From positions 1 to 54,823 of the IMG/VR virus record IMGVR_UViG_3300045988_158467: a DNA stretch of 54,823 nucleotides, one strand, 5' to 3'. This document shows positions 9,079-17,829 of this stretch, piece by piece. The stretch's first letter is position 1. Every line of letters begins with the position of its first letter. Both the position numbers and the translations under genes were made by a program. This DNA comes from a virus. Below the pieces are notes generated by a model. It searched no databases. It worked only from the letters and a program-made list of their open reading frames with translations, and was not told the origin of the DNA.

Positions 9079-9285
9079 ATGGAAATTAGAATAACTGTAA
9101 CAGATGTTGGAGGAACTTATAGAGATGTAGCAGATGCAGCAAGAACTACAATAGGATTAGAAGAAGGGGAAAAAGAAATATCAGAAAGTTATATGTACAA
9201 AATGTATAAATGCGAACATAGTCCAATCAGATTAAGAGAATTTAAGATAGTAATAGAAAATTGTCCTTCATGGGTAGCAACGCAT
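9079..9285 (+). CDS. ThyX-like (flavin-dependent thymidylate synthase fold) protein, exon 1
   Basis: ...CEHSPIRLREFKIVIENCPSWVATH aligns by eye with the ThyX block HETPFEH...VARQW just before the RHR signature. The ORF is cut by a stop directly after the proposed splice site. Confidence 0.65.
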
Positions 9286-10345
9286 TAATTACAAAGTGCC
9301 ATTGTACAGTAATGTACATTGAAAATCCCGTTAACTAGAAAATTCTAGGTGTGTAGATAACGATAGTTTGGATAGGAAATGATTCATTAATATCTATGCT
9401 AACAGGGGAAGCCTAAGTTGAAAAATATGGTAATCCTGTGCTATTTATATTAAGTGTCTTATTGAATAAATACCCAATATATAATATAATTATATTGAGG
9501 TGATAATATGAAAAAAAATAATATAATCGGCAAAACATTTAAAAATAATGCTGGGCTTGAATTTGAAGTGATTAAAAAAGTTGAAAGAATAAAAACTGAA
9601 ACATACTATAAAATTAAATTTTTAAAAAGTGGAAGTGTAAAAAAAGCTGAAAAAAGGAATATAGTAAATGGAAGAGTTAGAGATGATTTTGATAAACATA
9701 TCTACGGTGTAGCTTGTAAAGGAAATGCAAGCACAGTAAAACCTTTAATTAATAAGATAGCCTTTAAAAGATGGTATGCAATGATTGAAAGATGTTATTG
9801 CAAAGATTCTATAAGTTATAAGTCATATGGCGATAAAGGTGTATTTGTAAATGAAAGATGGCTATGTTTTGAAAACTTCATATATGATTTAAAAAATATA
9901 AAAGGATTTGATTATAACAAATATATAGCAGGAGAAATACAATTAGATAAAGATTTAATTGAAAACGGAAATAAAGAATATTCCCTAGAGAAATGTATGT
10001 TTATAGATACTTTTAAAAATAAGTCATATGAACCAACCAAAAGAAAAGAATTTATAGCAATAAGTCCAGAAGGAAAAGAATTTATTTTTAATAATCAAAA
10101 TGAATGTGCTAGAACTTTTAATTTAACAGCTAGAACAATAAGTAAAGTTTTAGCAGGACAACTTAAAAGTCATAAAGGATGGACTTTTAAATATAAGTAG
10201 TCAAACGACTATCCTAATATGGAGTAGGGGCAAGGTGAAACTCCTTGCTTCGAAAAGCGGGAAGTCCTTTTTGGAAGGATTGTGATATAGTCTAATCCCA
10301 CTGATAAAAAAGTGTTAAAGTACTAGGAAACTAGGGGTATAAATG
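9286..10345 (+). mobile_element. Group I intron 1 (in the ThyX-like gene) carrying a homing-endonuclease ORF
   Basis: The 5' splice site follows U9285. Guide sequence TACAAA|GTGC (9290-9299) pairs with exon 2 TTTGTA (P10, 6 bp) and exon 1 GCAU (P1, with a U:G wobble). P7 halves are ACGACTA (10205-10211) and GATATAGTCT (10284-10293), like Tetrahymena AGACUA...GAUAUAGUC. A CTAG-GAAA-CTAG hairpin follows, and the terminal base is G10345. Confidence 0.8.
9508..10200 (+). CDS. intron-encoded putative homing endonuclease with NUMOD-like C-terminal HTH
   Basis: Lies wholly inside intron 1 and has its own GAGGTG RBS. The block W..MI.RC...YK.YG.KGV.V...W is shared with the HNH ORF at 25780. C-terminal FNNQNECARTFNLTARTISKVLAG. 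Confidence 0.6.
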   Translation: MKKNNIIGKTFKNNAGLEFEVIKKVERIKTETYYKIKFLKSGSVKKAEKRNIVNGRVRDDFDKHIYGVACKGNASTVKPLINKIAFKRWYAMIERCYCKDSISYKSYGDKGVFVNERWLCFENFIYDLKNIKGFDYNKYIAGEIQLDKDLIENGNKEYSLEKCMFIDTFKNKSYEPTKRKEFIAISPEGKEFIFNNQNECARTFNLTARTISKVLAGQLKSHKGWTFKYK

Positions 10346-10699
10346 TTTGTAAGACATCATATAGGAGTAGAAAAGTTTGTATCAACCCAAAGAACAGATA
10401 GAACAGGAATAGATAGAAATAAATTACCACAGGATGCACCTGTAAGATTGCAAATGAATTGTAATGCTCAAGCAATAATAAATATATCAAGAAAAAGATT
10501 ATGCAACTGTGCTTCAAAGGAGACTAGAGAGATATGGAAAGAAGTTATTAATACTTTAGCTCAAATAGATAAACCATTAGCTGATTGTTGTGTACCAGAA
10601 TGTGTTTATAGAGGGCATTGCCCAGAATTTAAAGGATGCGGGTATGATAAAACTGAAGCTTTTAGAAAAGAGGTTAAAAAATATAGGGGGTTAGAATAA
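10346..10699 (+). CDS. ThyX-like protein, exon 2
   Basis: FVRHHIGVEKFVSTQRT corresponds to ThyX RHRxxSxxxxSxR. NAQAIINISRKRLCNCASKETREIWKEV corresponds to ThyX NARSL.NF..LR....AQ.EI. Cys-rich C-terminus CCVPECVYRGHCPEFKGCGY. Joining to exon 1 keeps the frame (69 + 117 codons). Confidence 0.65.
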   Translation, partial: FVRHHIGVEKFVSTQRTDRTGIDRNKLPQDAPVRLQMNCNAQAIINISRKRLCNCASKETREIWKEVINTLAQIDKPLADCCVPECVYRGHCPEFKGCGYDKTEAFRKEVKKYRGLE

Positions 10700-10887
10700 T
10701 GGCTTGTAGAAGAAAAACAAAAGGAGAACGTGAATTAATAGCAGATATAAACAAGAGATTTAAAGTATTCTGCAATGAGTCTTATGATTTAGATGGAGCG
10801 GGTTGTATGAATTGTGAATTAGATTTTGAAGATGAAGAAAGTTGTGAAATACAATATATAAAAATGCTAATAGGAAAGGATGAATAG
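10699..10887 (+). CDS. hypothetical Cys-containing acidic protein
   Basis: GGGGG RBS. ATG overlaps the preceding stop. Confidence 0.45.
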   Translation: MACRRKTKGERELIADINKRFKVFCNESYDLDGAGCMNCELDFEDEESCEIQYIKMLIGKDE

Positions 10888-11187
10888 ATGAATATAGAAG
10901 AAATTAATGGAGCTATAAAAGAAATAGCAGATAATTTTAAGAATCCATCGCAACAACTTAAGTTAATAGAAGAGCTAGGAGAATTATCAAGAGAATTGTC
11001 TAAAGATATAGCAGTAGGTAGAAATATATCTACTGCTACAATATCAGAAATAGTTGATGTAGCTATACTAATTGAACAAATATTATATTTAGCGGAAGAA
11101 GAAGCAGCGGAATTAGCAAGAGAACAACTAGAATATAAACTTCAAAGAACATTGAAAAGAATTGAGGAGGGATATTATGAAAAATAA
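10888..11187 (+). CDS. MazG-like nucleotide pyrophosphohydrolase
   Basis: LIEELGELSRELSKD...SEIVDVAILIEQ follows the EExxE...ExxD metal-binding pattern of small phage MazG proteins. Confidence 0.5.
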   Translation: MNIEEINGAIKEIADNFKNPSQQLKLIEELGELSRELSKDIAVGRNISTATISEIVDVAILIEQILYLAEEEAAELAREQLEYKLQRTLKRIEEGYYEK

Positions 11188-11380
11188 AGTTGAAACAATA
11201 AATATTAATTTAAGAACAGATTACGCTTATGCACTAGCGTCATTTCTAGGTATACAGGGAATAGAAGATACAAGAAAAATCATTGAAAAATATAAGTTAA
11301 ATATGAATGAATATGAGATGGAAGACATATTACAACATTTATATGATCAATTATATTGTGAATTAGAATTAGAAATGTAA
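11177..11380 (+). CDS. hypothetical protein
   Basis: ORF 11162..11380. ATG 11177 follows a GAGGAGGG RBS. Confidence 0.45.
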   Translation: MKNKVETININLRTDYAYALASFLGIQGIEDTRKIIEKYKLNMNEYEMEDILQHLYDQLYCELELEM

Positions 11381-11412
11381 ATAAAATAATTCTTTTATAG
11401 GAGGTAAATAGT

Positions 11413-11928
11413 ATGGGATATAAAATAGGTGATTTAGTTAAAATAAAAGAGAGTATACAAGCAGGGGAAAAATATGGAGAGTGTGATGTTAACGAGCCCA
11501 TGCTAAAATTTAGAGGTGCAGTTGATACCATAGTAGATGTAGATATAGACGGTGATTTCTATTTAGCCGATAAAAATAATCCTTATTCATGGAATAAAGA
11601 TATGTTAGAACCATTCGTACCTGAGAATCCTTTAATGCGACTTAAAATGGATAGATTAGGAATATATCAACACCTATTAGCAAACTTGGAGGAAACTTAT
11701 AAAAATAAAAATAATGATTATGGTAATAGTGTTGCAGACACATATGAAAAATTTGGTAATTTATCATTTTTAGTAAGAATTACAGACAAATATAATAGAC
11801 TATTAACATTGTGTAACCCAAATGCCCCAGAACAAAAGGTAAAGGACGAAGCTATAGAAGATACAATATTGGACTTAGCAAACTATTGCTTACTGTGGTT
11901 AGTTGAGAGGGAGTATAGAAATCAGTAA
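11413..11928 (+). CDS. DUF1599 (nucleotide-modification-associated domain 1) protein with SH3-like N-terminal domain
   Basis: YKNKNNDYGNSVADTYEKFGNLSFLVRITDKYNRL...EDTILDLANYCLLWLV matches the KN.DYG...DK..R...DT..DL.NY pattern. Confidence 0.55.
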   Translation: MGYKIGDLVKIKESIQAGEKYGECDVNEPMLKFRGAVDTIVDVDIDGDFYLADKNNPYSWNKDMLEPFVPENPLMRLKMDRLGIYQHLLANLEETYKNKNNDYGNSVADTYEKFGNLSFLVRITDKYNRLLTLCNPNAPEQKVKDEAIEDTILDLANYCLLWLVEREYRNQ

Positions 11929-12047
11929 TAAAGTTTATAAAATACCATTGATTTTATATCATCTTATAAAAAAATAACGGAGAATAATATGACAGTATAT
12001 GTACTTGTACTAGGTAAAAGTTTGATTTTATAAGGAGTTGAGGGAGT

Positions 12048-12446
12048 ATGGAGAAAAGAGAATTACAAGAATACATAGAAACCAAAAGAGAATTAGATAT
12101 TATAAAGGATAAAATAGAGTACCTAGAAGAAAAGAAAACAAGCATTAAAAGTATGATAATAGATGATATGCCAAAAGGCGGAAGTTTTGAAAATGATAGA
12201 TTAGGAGCATTGCTAGGAGAAATAGAAGAACTACTTAATATATACAATGAAAAACAGATAAGATTACTTAAGCAACAAAGGGCAATAGAAAATACAATAG
12301 ATAAATTGGAAGATGCAGTAGATAGAAATATAATGAGATTAAGATATATTGACGGATATACGTGGGAAAGACTATGTGTTTTGATGAATTACAGTTGGAA
12401 TGGAATACATAAAAAGCATAGAAAAATATTAGAAAAAATAAAATAG
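12048..12446 (+). CDS. sigma-70 region-4-like / DUF1492-type putative late transcription regulator
   Basis: C-terminal NIMRLRYIDGYTWERLCVLMNYSWNGIHKKHRKILEKI resembles region-4-type phage activators. Last regulator before the structural genes. Confidence 0.5.
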   Translation: MEKRELQEYIETKRELDIIKDKIEYLEEKKTSIKSMIIDDMPKGGSFENDRLGALLGEIEELLNIYNEKQIRLLKQQRAIENTIDKLEDAVDRNIMRLRYIDGYTWERLCVLMNYSWNGIHKKHRKILEKIK

Positions 12447-12458
12447 GGGAGTGAAGTA

Positions 12459-13043
12459 ATGAGAAACTGTATATATAGATTAATTGGAGATAATAGACAA
12501 ATTCTTTATATTGGTAAAGCTAGTAATTTAAAGCAAAGATTGAGTAATCATATACATTTACCAGAAGGATGCTATGAGGAAACAAAAATAATTGAGTATC
12601 ATTCATTCCTTACAAAAGCAGATATGGATTTCGCTGAAAAGTATTATATAGCAAAGTATAAGCCTTTTTATAATGACTTATTAAAAGAAGATATAACAAT
12701 ACAAGTTGAGGAATTAGATGATGCTGAATTTATTCTATATAAAAAAACACAAAAAGGGAAAAGAAAAAATAAGAATAAAAACCTAATAAGAGAGGCTGAA
12801 CTATATATTAAATACAATTCTTTTGATAAGTATACTCTAGAAGATGGTATAACAAGATATAGAGTTCCTAAAGATATTATAGAAACTCTGGAAGAAAAAT
12901 TTAAAAATGTACACATTTACTATGATGGAACTGATGGAATTGTACTACATGGAGAACAATATGAACAAGTTTTTTATGGAGTATATTCTGAAGAATGTGA
13001 AGGCAAATTCTATGTATATTATGAAGATAAGCCACCATTTTAG
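12459..13043 (+). CDS. free-standing GIY-YIG nuclease
   Basis: CIYRLIGDNRQILYIGKASNLKQRLSNH...AEKYYIAKYKPFYN carries GIY...YIG...R...E...N motif spacing. Confidence 0.7.
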   Translation: MRNCIYRLIGDNRQILYIGKASNLKQRLSNHIHLPEGCYEETKIIEYHSFLTKADMDFAEKYYIAKYKPFYNDLLKEDITIQVEELDDAEFILYKKTQKGKRKNKNKNLIREAELYIKYNSFDKYTLEDGITRYRVPKDIIETLEEKFKNVHIYYDGTDGIVLHGEQYEQVFYGVYSEECEGKFYVYYEDKPPF

Positions 13044-13589
13044 ATATAAAGAGTTGATAGAAGTGTACTATTTATGTGTGATATATTTAAAGTAGGAAGA
13101 TTAGTAAAGCATACCACACTATGCTGGAGAAATGAGAACTTAATTCCACTCAAATTAAGTTTCTGTTCGAGGGATAAGAGTAGAGGTACTCTTCCCTCAA
13201 TATGTTGCTATGGGATTTATATACAAGTGGATTATTAAATTGTCGACTATATATGAAACAAGTATATACTCGTGTTCAACTCATGAGGGCGACTAATATA
13301 TATATTAAAACATAGTAGTAGGAGTGAGAGGACCACTTTAAAACCTCCGGAGTAAACCGTGATAAAATCAAAATATTCACATATATTGTGTGTTAAAAAA
13401 ATCTATATATCATAATTAGTATTATTAATTACTTATTGTTTTACATTATATTTGCAGAAGGAAAACTGCTTAAACCATTATAATTTAATAAAAAATAATC
13501 CGATAAAATAATTTTAACTATATCTTTAATAAAAACTTTTTAAATATGAACTTGATCTTTGATTTAATTATTTTTTTTAAAATATTATT

Positions 13590-13736
13590 AACTCCAATGC
13601 ACCCAAATCAATGGGTGCAATATGGAATTGCTGGAGCATAGTAAAGTTCGATTCTTTACAATTCCAAAGATACCAAACAATTGCTTTGATTCATTACTCC
13701 CACAAAGAGCACTAATAATTTAGTGTTCTTTTTTTA
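13590..13736 (+). ncRNA. candidate structured RNA: 7-bp hairpin, tRNA-like acceptor/T-arm minihelix, intrinsic terminator
   Basis: Hairpin TGCACCC/GGGTGCA (13598-13619). GGAATTG (13624-13630) pairs with CAATTCC (13659-13665). These enclose TAAAG-TTCGATT-CTTTA (13642-13658), a canonical T-arm with a UUCGAUU loop, plus discriminator A. There is no D arm or anticodon arm. A terminator follows. Confidence 0.3.
13706..13736 (+). terminator. Rho-independent terminator
   Basis: AGAGCACTA/TAGTGTTCT forms a 9-bp stem (one G:U), with a 6-nt loop and a T7 run. Confidence 0.6.
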
Positions 13737-13758
13737 TTTTGTTAAAAGGTGTGATTAT

Positions 13759-14142
13759 ATGGTGAAAAGATGGAAGGAAATAGATGAAGTTATAAAACCT
13801 ACAATAGAAGTTCCAAAAGAATTATGGAAGCTAGACCAACAAATGAAAGAAGTGCCGAATTTTAATAAAAGTCAAGGAAGCAGGAAAATCTTTCAGAGAA
13901 AAGAGTATAGTATATACAAGGCTAGTGGTGGCTACATCATACATAATACCAATGGAGACTTTAGAAACCATCACACTCATGTTAGAACATTTAGTAAAGC
14001 TAAGAGCATAGTTGACTTATGTATTAGAAAGAAACTTCCAAATACGCCTCGCAAGTGGGAGATAGAAAGCTTAATGAGATTAACAAGAAATAATGCTTAT
14101 TATAATAAGCTAAGGGATTTATTGGAAGGGCTAGGTGAATAA
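13759..14142 (+). CDS. hypothetical protein
   Basis: ORF 13723..14142. ATG 13759 follows AAAAGGTG. The upstream codons overlap the terminator T-run. Confidence 0.5.
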   Translation: MVKRWKEIDEVIKPTIEVPKELWKLDQQMKEVPNFNKSQGSRKIFQRKEYSIYKASGGYIIHNTNGDFRNHHTHVRTFSKAKSIVDLCIRKKLPNTPRKWEIESLMRLTRNNAYYNKLRDLLEGLGE

Positions 14143-14397
14143 ATGTTTAGATGTATATCAATTACTTATTTTACTTTTGTAATAGCATCTTTAATAGTAT
14201 ATGCATTATATCTATTGAGATTAGATGAAAAACTAGCAGAAGAAGATTTGAGACTTGTATTGAATAAGTGGATATTTATAAGCTTATTATATTGTTTTGT
14301 ACCTTTGTATCATATGTATTTTAGTTACATTACTTATAGATATGCAGTAGTTGTAAATGATGAAGAGTTTGAAAAATTTATTAATGGTGATTATTGA
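14143..14397 (+). CDS. small membrane protein (2 predicted TM helices)
   Basis: Hydrophobic segments ITYFTFVIASLIVYALYLL and WIFISLLYCFVPLYHMYF. Confidence 0.45.
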   Translation: MFRCISITYFTFVIASLIVYALYLLRLDEKLAEEDLRLVLNKWIFISLLYCFVPLYHMYFSYITYRYAVVVNDEEFEKFINGDY

Positions 14398-14422
14398 AAA
14401 ATATTAATAGGGAGGTGGCATT

Positions 14423-14872
14423 ATGAGCTTGACAGCTAAACAAGAAAAATTTGTACAAGCATTAATAAGTGGCAAAAGTCAAAGAGTTGCATATAAAGAA
14501 GCTTATAATGCTGCTAATATGAAAGATGAAGTAATAGATGTTAGAGCTTCAGAATTACTTAAAAAGAGTAAGGTAAAGGTAAGGTATGAGGAATTATTAG
14601 AAGAACATAAGGAAAAAGCTTTATACACAAGAGAAGAAATGGTAAACGACTTAATTTGGGTAAAGGAAAAAGCTAAAGAGGATATAAATAATCCTAAAAA
14701 AGGACTAAGACAGGCGAATGGAACTATATTCATAAATGCAATAAAGGAATTGGGCGAACTTAATGAATTATATCCAGCAAAAAAACAAGATGTAAGTTTA
14801 AACGGTGAAATAAGTAATCCATATGCAAACTTCACTTATGAAGAATTAAAGAAAATGATAGACGAAGATTAG
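14423..14872 (+). CDS. terS: terminase small subunit (Terminase_2-like)
   Basis: MSLTAKQEKFVQALISGKSQRVAYKEAY... is the typical N-terminal HTH of this family. Directly upstream of terL. Confidence 0.75.
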   Translation: MSLTAKQEKFVQALISGKSQRVAYKEAYNAANMKDEVIDVRASELLKKSKVKVRYEELLEEHKEKALYTREEMVNDLIWVKEKAKEDINNPKKGLRQANGTIFINAIKELGELNELYPAKKQDVSLNGEISNPYANFTYEELKKMIDED

Positions 14873-14887
14873 GGAGGTGACGATGGG

Positions 14888-16280
14888 ATGGCAAATGAGA
14901 AATTAAAGAAATTAGGTGCAAGATGTGAATTAGCTCGCAGAAGCTTCTTTTGGTATTGCAATTTAAAAGCACCAGACTTTTATAAAACTAGCAGGGAGTA
15001 TTTAGTTAAATTATGCAATACATTTCAAGCGTTTTATGAAAGTAATGACGAAGTTATGATTATTAATATGCCTCCTCGTCACCGGCAAAAGTAGAACAGC
15101 ATCTTTATTTGTAGAATGGATATTAGGACAAAATAAACAAGAAAAAGTAATGACTGGAAGCTATAACGAGACATTATCAACTACATTTTCTAAAAACGTA
15201 AGAAATGATATACAAGAGGCAAAAGCAGATATATATAAGCCTGTATATAGTGATGTTTTCCCGGGCGTAAAAATAAAACGTGGTGATGGGTCCATGAACT
15301 TATGGAGCTTAGAAGGTGGATATAATAATTATTTAGCAACTTCACCAACAGGAACTGCAACTGGTTTTGGAGCTTCTATACTTGTTATAGATGATTTAAT
15401 TAAAAATGCTGAGGAAGCTCATAATGAAAATATAAAAGAAAAGCATTGGGAATGGTTTACTAATACAATGTTATCAAGATTAGAAGAAGGCGGAAAAATA
15501 ATAATTATTATGACTAGATGGGCAAGTAATGATCTAGCAGGAAAAGCATTAGAATTTTATAAAGAAGAAGGTAAAGAAGTAAATCATATCAATATGAAAG
15601 CATTACAAGATGATGGAACTATGTTATGCGATGAAGTCTTATCATTAAGAAGCTATGAATCTAAAATAAAAGCTATGGGTGAAGATATAGCTTCAGCTAA
15701 CTATCAACAAATACCAATAGATTTAAGAGGAGTTTTATATACTTCATTTAAAACTTATTCTGAATTGCCTCCATACTTCCAACAAATTAAAAACTACACA
15801 GATACAGCTGATACAGGAGATGACTATTTATGTAGTATCACTTATGGGATTTATAATGGAGAGGCTTATGTATTAGACGTAATATTTACAAAAGAAGCTA
15901 TGGAAATTACAGAAGATTTAACAGCCAAAATGTTATTTGATACACAATGTAATAGAGCTGATATAGAAAGCAATAATGGAGGTAGAGCATTTGCAAGAAA
16001 TATTCAAAGAATATTAAGAGAAAAGTATAATTCAAATAAATGTTATATCAAACCATTTCATCAATCTAAAAATAAGCAAGCTAGAATATACTCAAATTCT
16101 ACTTGGGTAATGCAACATATATATTTCCCAATAAACTGGAGAGATAGATGGTATGAGTTTTATAAAGATGTAGTGTCATATCAAAGAGAAGGTAAGAATA
16201 AGCATGATGATGCTGAAGATGTATTAACAGGAGTCGCAGAAAAATGTAATATAGGAATAGGAATAGGAATATTTAAATAG
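14888..16280 (+). CDS. terL: terminase large subunit, interrupted by a +1 frame break at about 15083
   Basis: Frame A (14888..15094) ends ...MIINMPPRH-RQK*. Frame A+1 continues GKSRTASLFVEWILGQNKQEKVMTGSYN... into ORF 15150..16280. Together they restore the Walker A PPRHGKS. The nuclease half is intact. Confidence 0.8.
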
Positions 16281-16292
16281 GAGGTGATAAAA

Positions 16293-17681
16293 ATGTTAGA
16301 AGATGGGCTACTTTTACAAAGAATACAAGCTAAAATATTAAACAATCAAAGTAAGGCAGATACGATAAGAACTGCCAAAAACTATTATAATAATAAAAAT
16401 GATATTTTACTTAAAGGAATAATACCAAAAGGAGAAGGTAAAGATCCATTAAGAAATGCAGATAATCGAATACCACATAATATTCATCAAATACTAGTAG
16501 ATGAAAAAATATCATACCTATTTACATACCCTCCTATAATTGATATAGAAGACAATGAAGAAATTAATGAAAAAGTTAATCAAAGTTTAGGTGATGGATT
16601 TGAAAGAAAATTAAAAAATATCGGAATAGAAGCAAGTAATTGCGGAACTGCATGGATGCATTATTGGATTGAAATAGATGAAGACACAGGAGAAAGTAAA
16701 TTTAAATATGAAGTAGTAAATACAGAAGAAATTATACCAGTATATGATAATGGATTAGAAAGAAAGCTAAAAAACATAATTAGATATTACAAAGTAAAAG
16801 AAGAAGTTTTAAATCAATTAGATGAAATTACATATGCTTATATTGAATATTGGACAGATAATAAAATGATTAGATGGAAAATGAAAGATAGCTTCACTAA
16901 TACTCCAATAGAAGAAAGTGAAGATATAACACATACCTTAGGAGATGTTCCGTTTATCGAATTTTCCAATAACAAAGAAAAACAAAGTGACTTAGAAAAA
17001 ATTAAAAGTTTATTGGATTTAAAAGATGTGGTTGTTAGTGGTTTTGCTAATGATATAGAAGATATACAGCAAATAATATATATACTTGAAAATTATGGGG
17101 GAACTGATTTAAATGAATTCTTATCAGATTTAAAGAGATATAAAACTGTCAAAACAGAATCTATTGATGGAAACAGTGGAGGATTGTCTACATTAAGTAT
17201 AGATATACCTGTTGAAGCTAGAAATGTACTTATAGAATATCTTAAAAAGCAAATATATGAATCTGGACAAGGATTACAACAAGATATAGAAGTTACAGGA
17301 AGTGTAAGTGGAGTCGCTCTTAAATTTTACTATAGAAAGTTGGAATTAAAATCTGGTTTATTAGAAACTGAATTTAGAACATCTATAAATCATTTAATAA
17401 AGGCTATTTTAAAATTTTTAGGAATAACAGAAAATTATAAAATATCTCAGACTTATACTAGAAATATGATATCTAATGATTTAGAAGCAGCACAAATAGC
17501 TCAAATGTCTACTGGAATAATATCTAAGAAAACAATACTTGAAAATCATCCTTGGGTAGAAGATACAGTAAAAGAAGAGGAAAGGTTAGATGAAGAAAAA
17601 CAACAAGAAGAGTCAATATTTGAACAACCTTATGAAATGCAACAAGAACCTACTCTAGGAGGTGAAGAAGGTGAATCATAA
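16293..17681 (+). CDS. portal protein (SPP1 gp6-like)
   Basis: Position after terL, size about 460 aa, acidic C-terminus, AGGAGGTG RBS before ATG 16293. Confidence 0.75.
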   Translation: MLEDGLLLQRIQAKILNNQSKADTIRTAKNYYNNKNDILLKGIIPKGEGKDPLRNADNRIPHNIHQILVDEKISYLFTYPPIIDIEDNEEINEKVNQSLGDGFERKLKNIGIEASNCGTAWMHYWIEIDEDTGESKFKYEVVNTEEIIPVYDNGLERKLKNIIRYYKVKEEVLNQLDEITYAYIEYWTDNKMIRWKMKDSFTNTPIEESEDITHTLGDVPFIEFSNNKEKQSDLEKIKSLLDLKDVVVSGFANDIEDIQQIIYILENYGGTDLNEFLSDLKRYKTVKTESIDGNSGGLSTLSIDIPVEARNVLIEYLKKQIYESGQGLQQDIEVTGSVSGVALKFYYRKLELKSGLLETEFRTSINHLIKAILKFLGITENYKISQTYTRNMISNDLEAAQIAQMSTGIISKKTILENHPWVEDTVKEEERLDEEKQQEESIFEQPYEMQQEPTLGGEEGES

Positions 17682-17817
17682 ATTAAAAAATATAATCTCT
17701 TGGATAATTGTTTGGACAGTACTTATATTATTTTTAATAGCCATACTATCATTTATTGCATTTTTATATATATTATCAATAAAAGCAAAAGTAAATATAA
17801 TAAAGCATTTTCTATAA
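17671..17817 (+). CDS. small single-pass membrane protein (48 aa, GTG start)
   Basis: AGGAGGTG lies 5 nt upstream of GTG 17671. Hydrophobic core IISWIIVWTVLILFLIAILSFIAFLYIL. Confidence 0.4.
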   Translation: MNHKLKNIISWIIVWTVLILFLIAILSFIAFLYILSIKAKVNIIKHFL

Positions 17818-17829
17818 AAGGTGAAGCTT

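Noticed and set aside
12907-13095. ORF 12907..13095, overlapping the 3' end of the GIY-YIG gene.
   Set aside because: It is out of frame within a supported CDS, has no RBS and is Met/Tyr-rich junk.
13330-13362. Resemblance of ...AAAACCTCCGGAGTAAACC... to the P2 strand of c-di-GMP-I (GEMM) riboswitches (GCCUCCGGCCUAAACC in Vc2).
   Set aside because: There is no ACGCAAAGC-type conserved core, no GNRA-capped P1 and no complementary 3' strand for P2. CTCCGGAG is merely self-palindromic.
13096-13400. A possible fourth (ORF-less) group I intron downstream of the GIY-YIG gene, suggested by ...GGCGACTAAT... and ...ACATAGTAG....
   Set aside because: The P7-like halves are only about 15 nt apart and pair over 4 bp. 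There is no GATATAGTCT element, no guide sequence and no split gene flanking the region.
13624-13666. The minihelix considered as a bona fide tRNA gene.
   Set aside because: Only 11 nt separate the acceptor 5' strand from the T-arm, so there is no D arm or anticodon arm. It cannot be a standard tRNA and is kept only as a tRNA-like element.
16253-16270. An (AGGAAT)x3 microsatellite at the 3' end of terL, encoding GIGIGI.
   Set aside because: It is a short in-frame repeat with no evident function.
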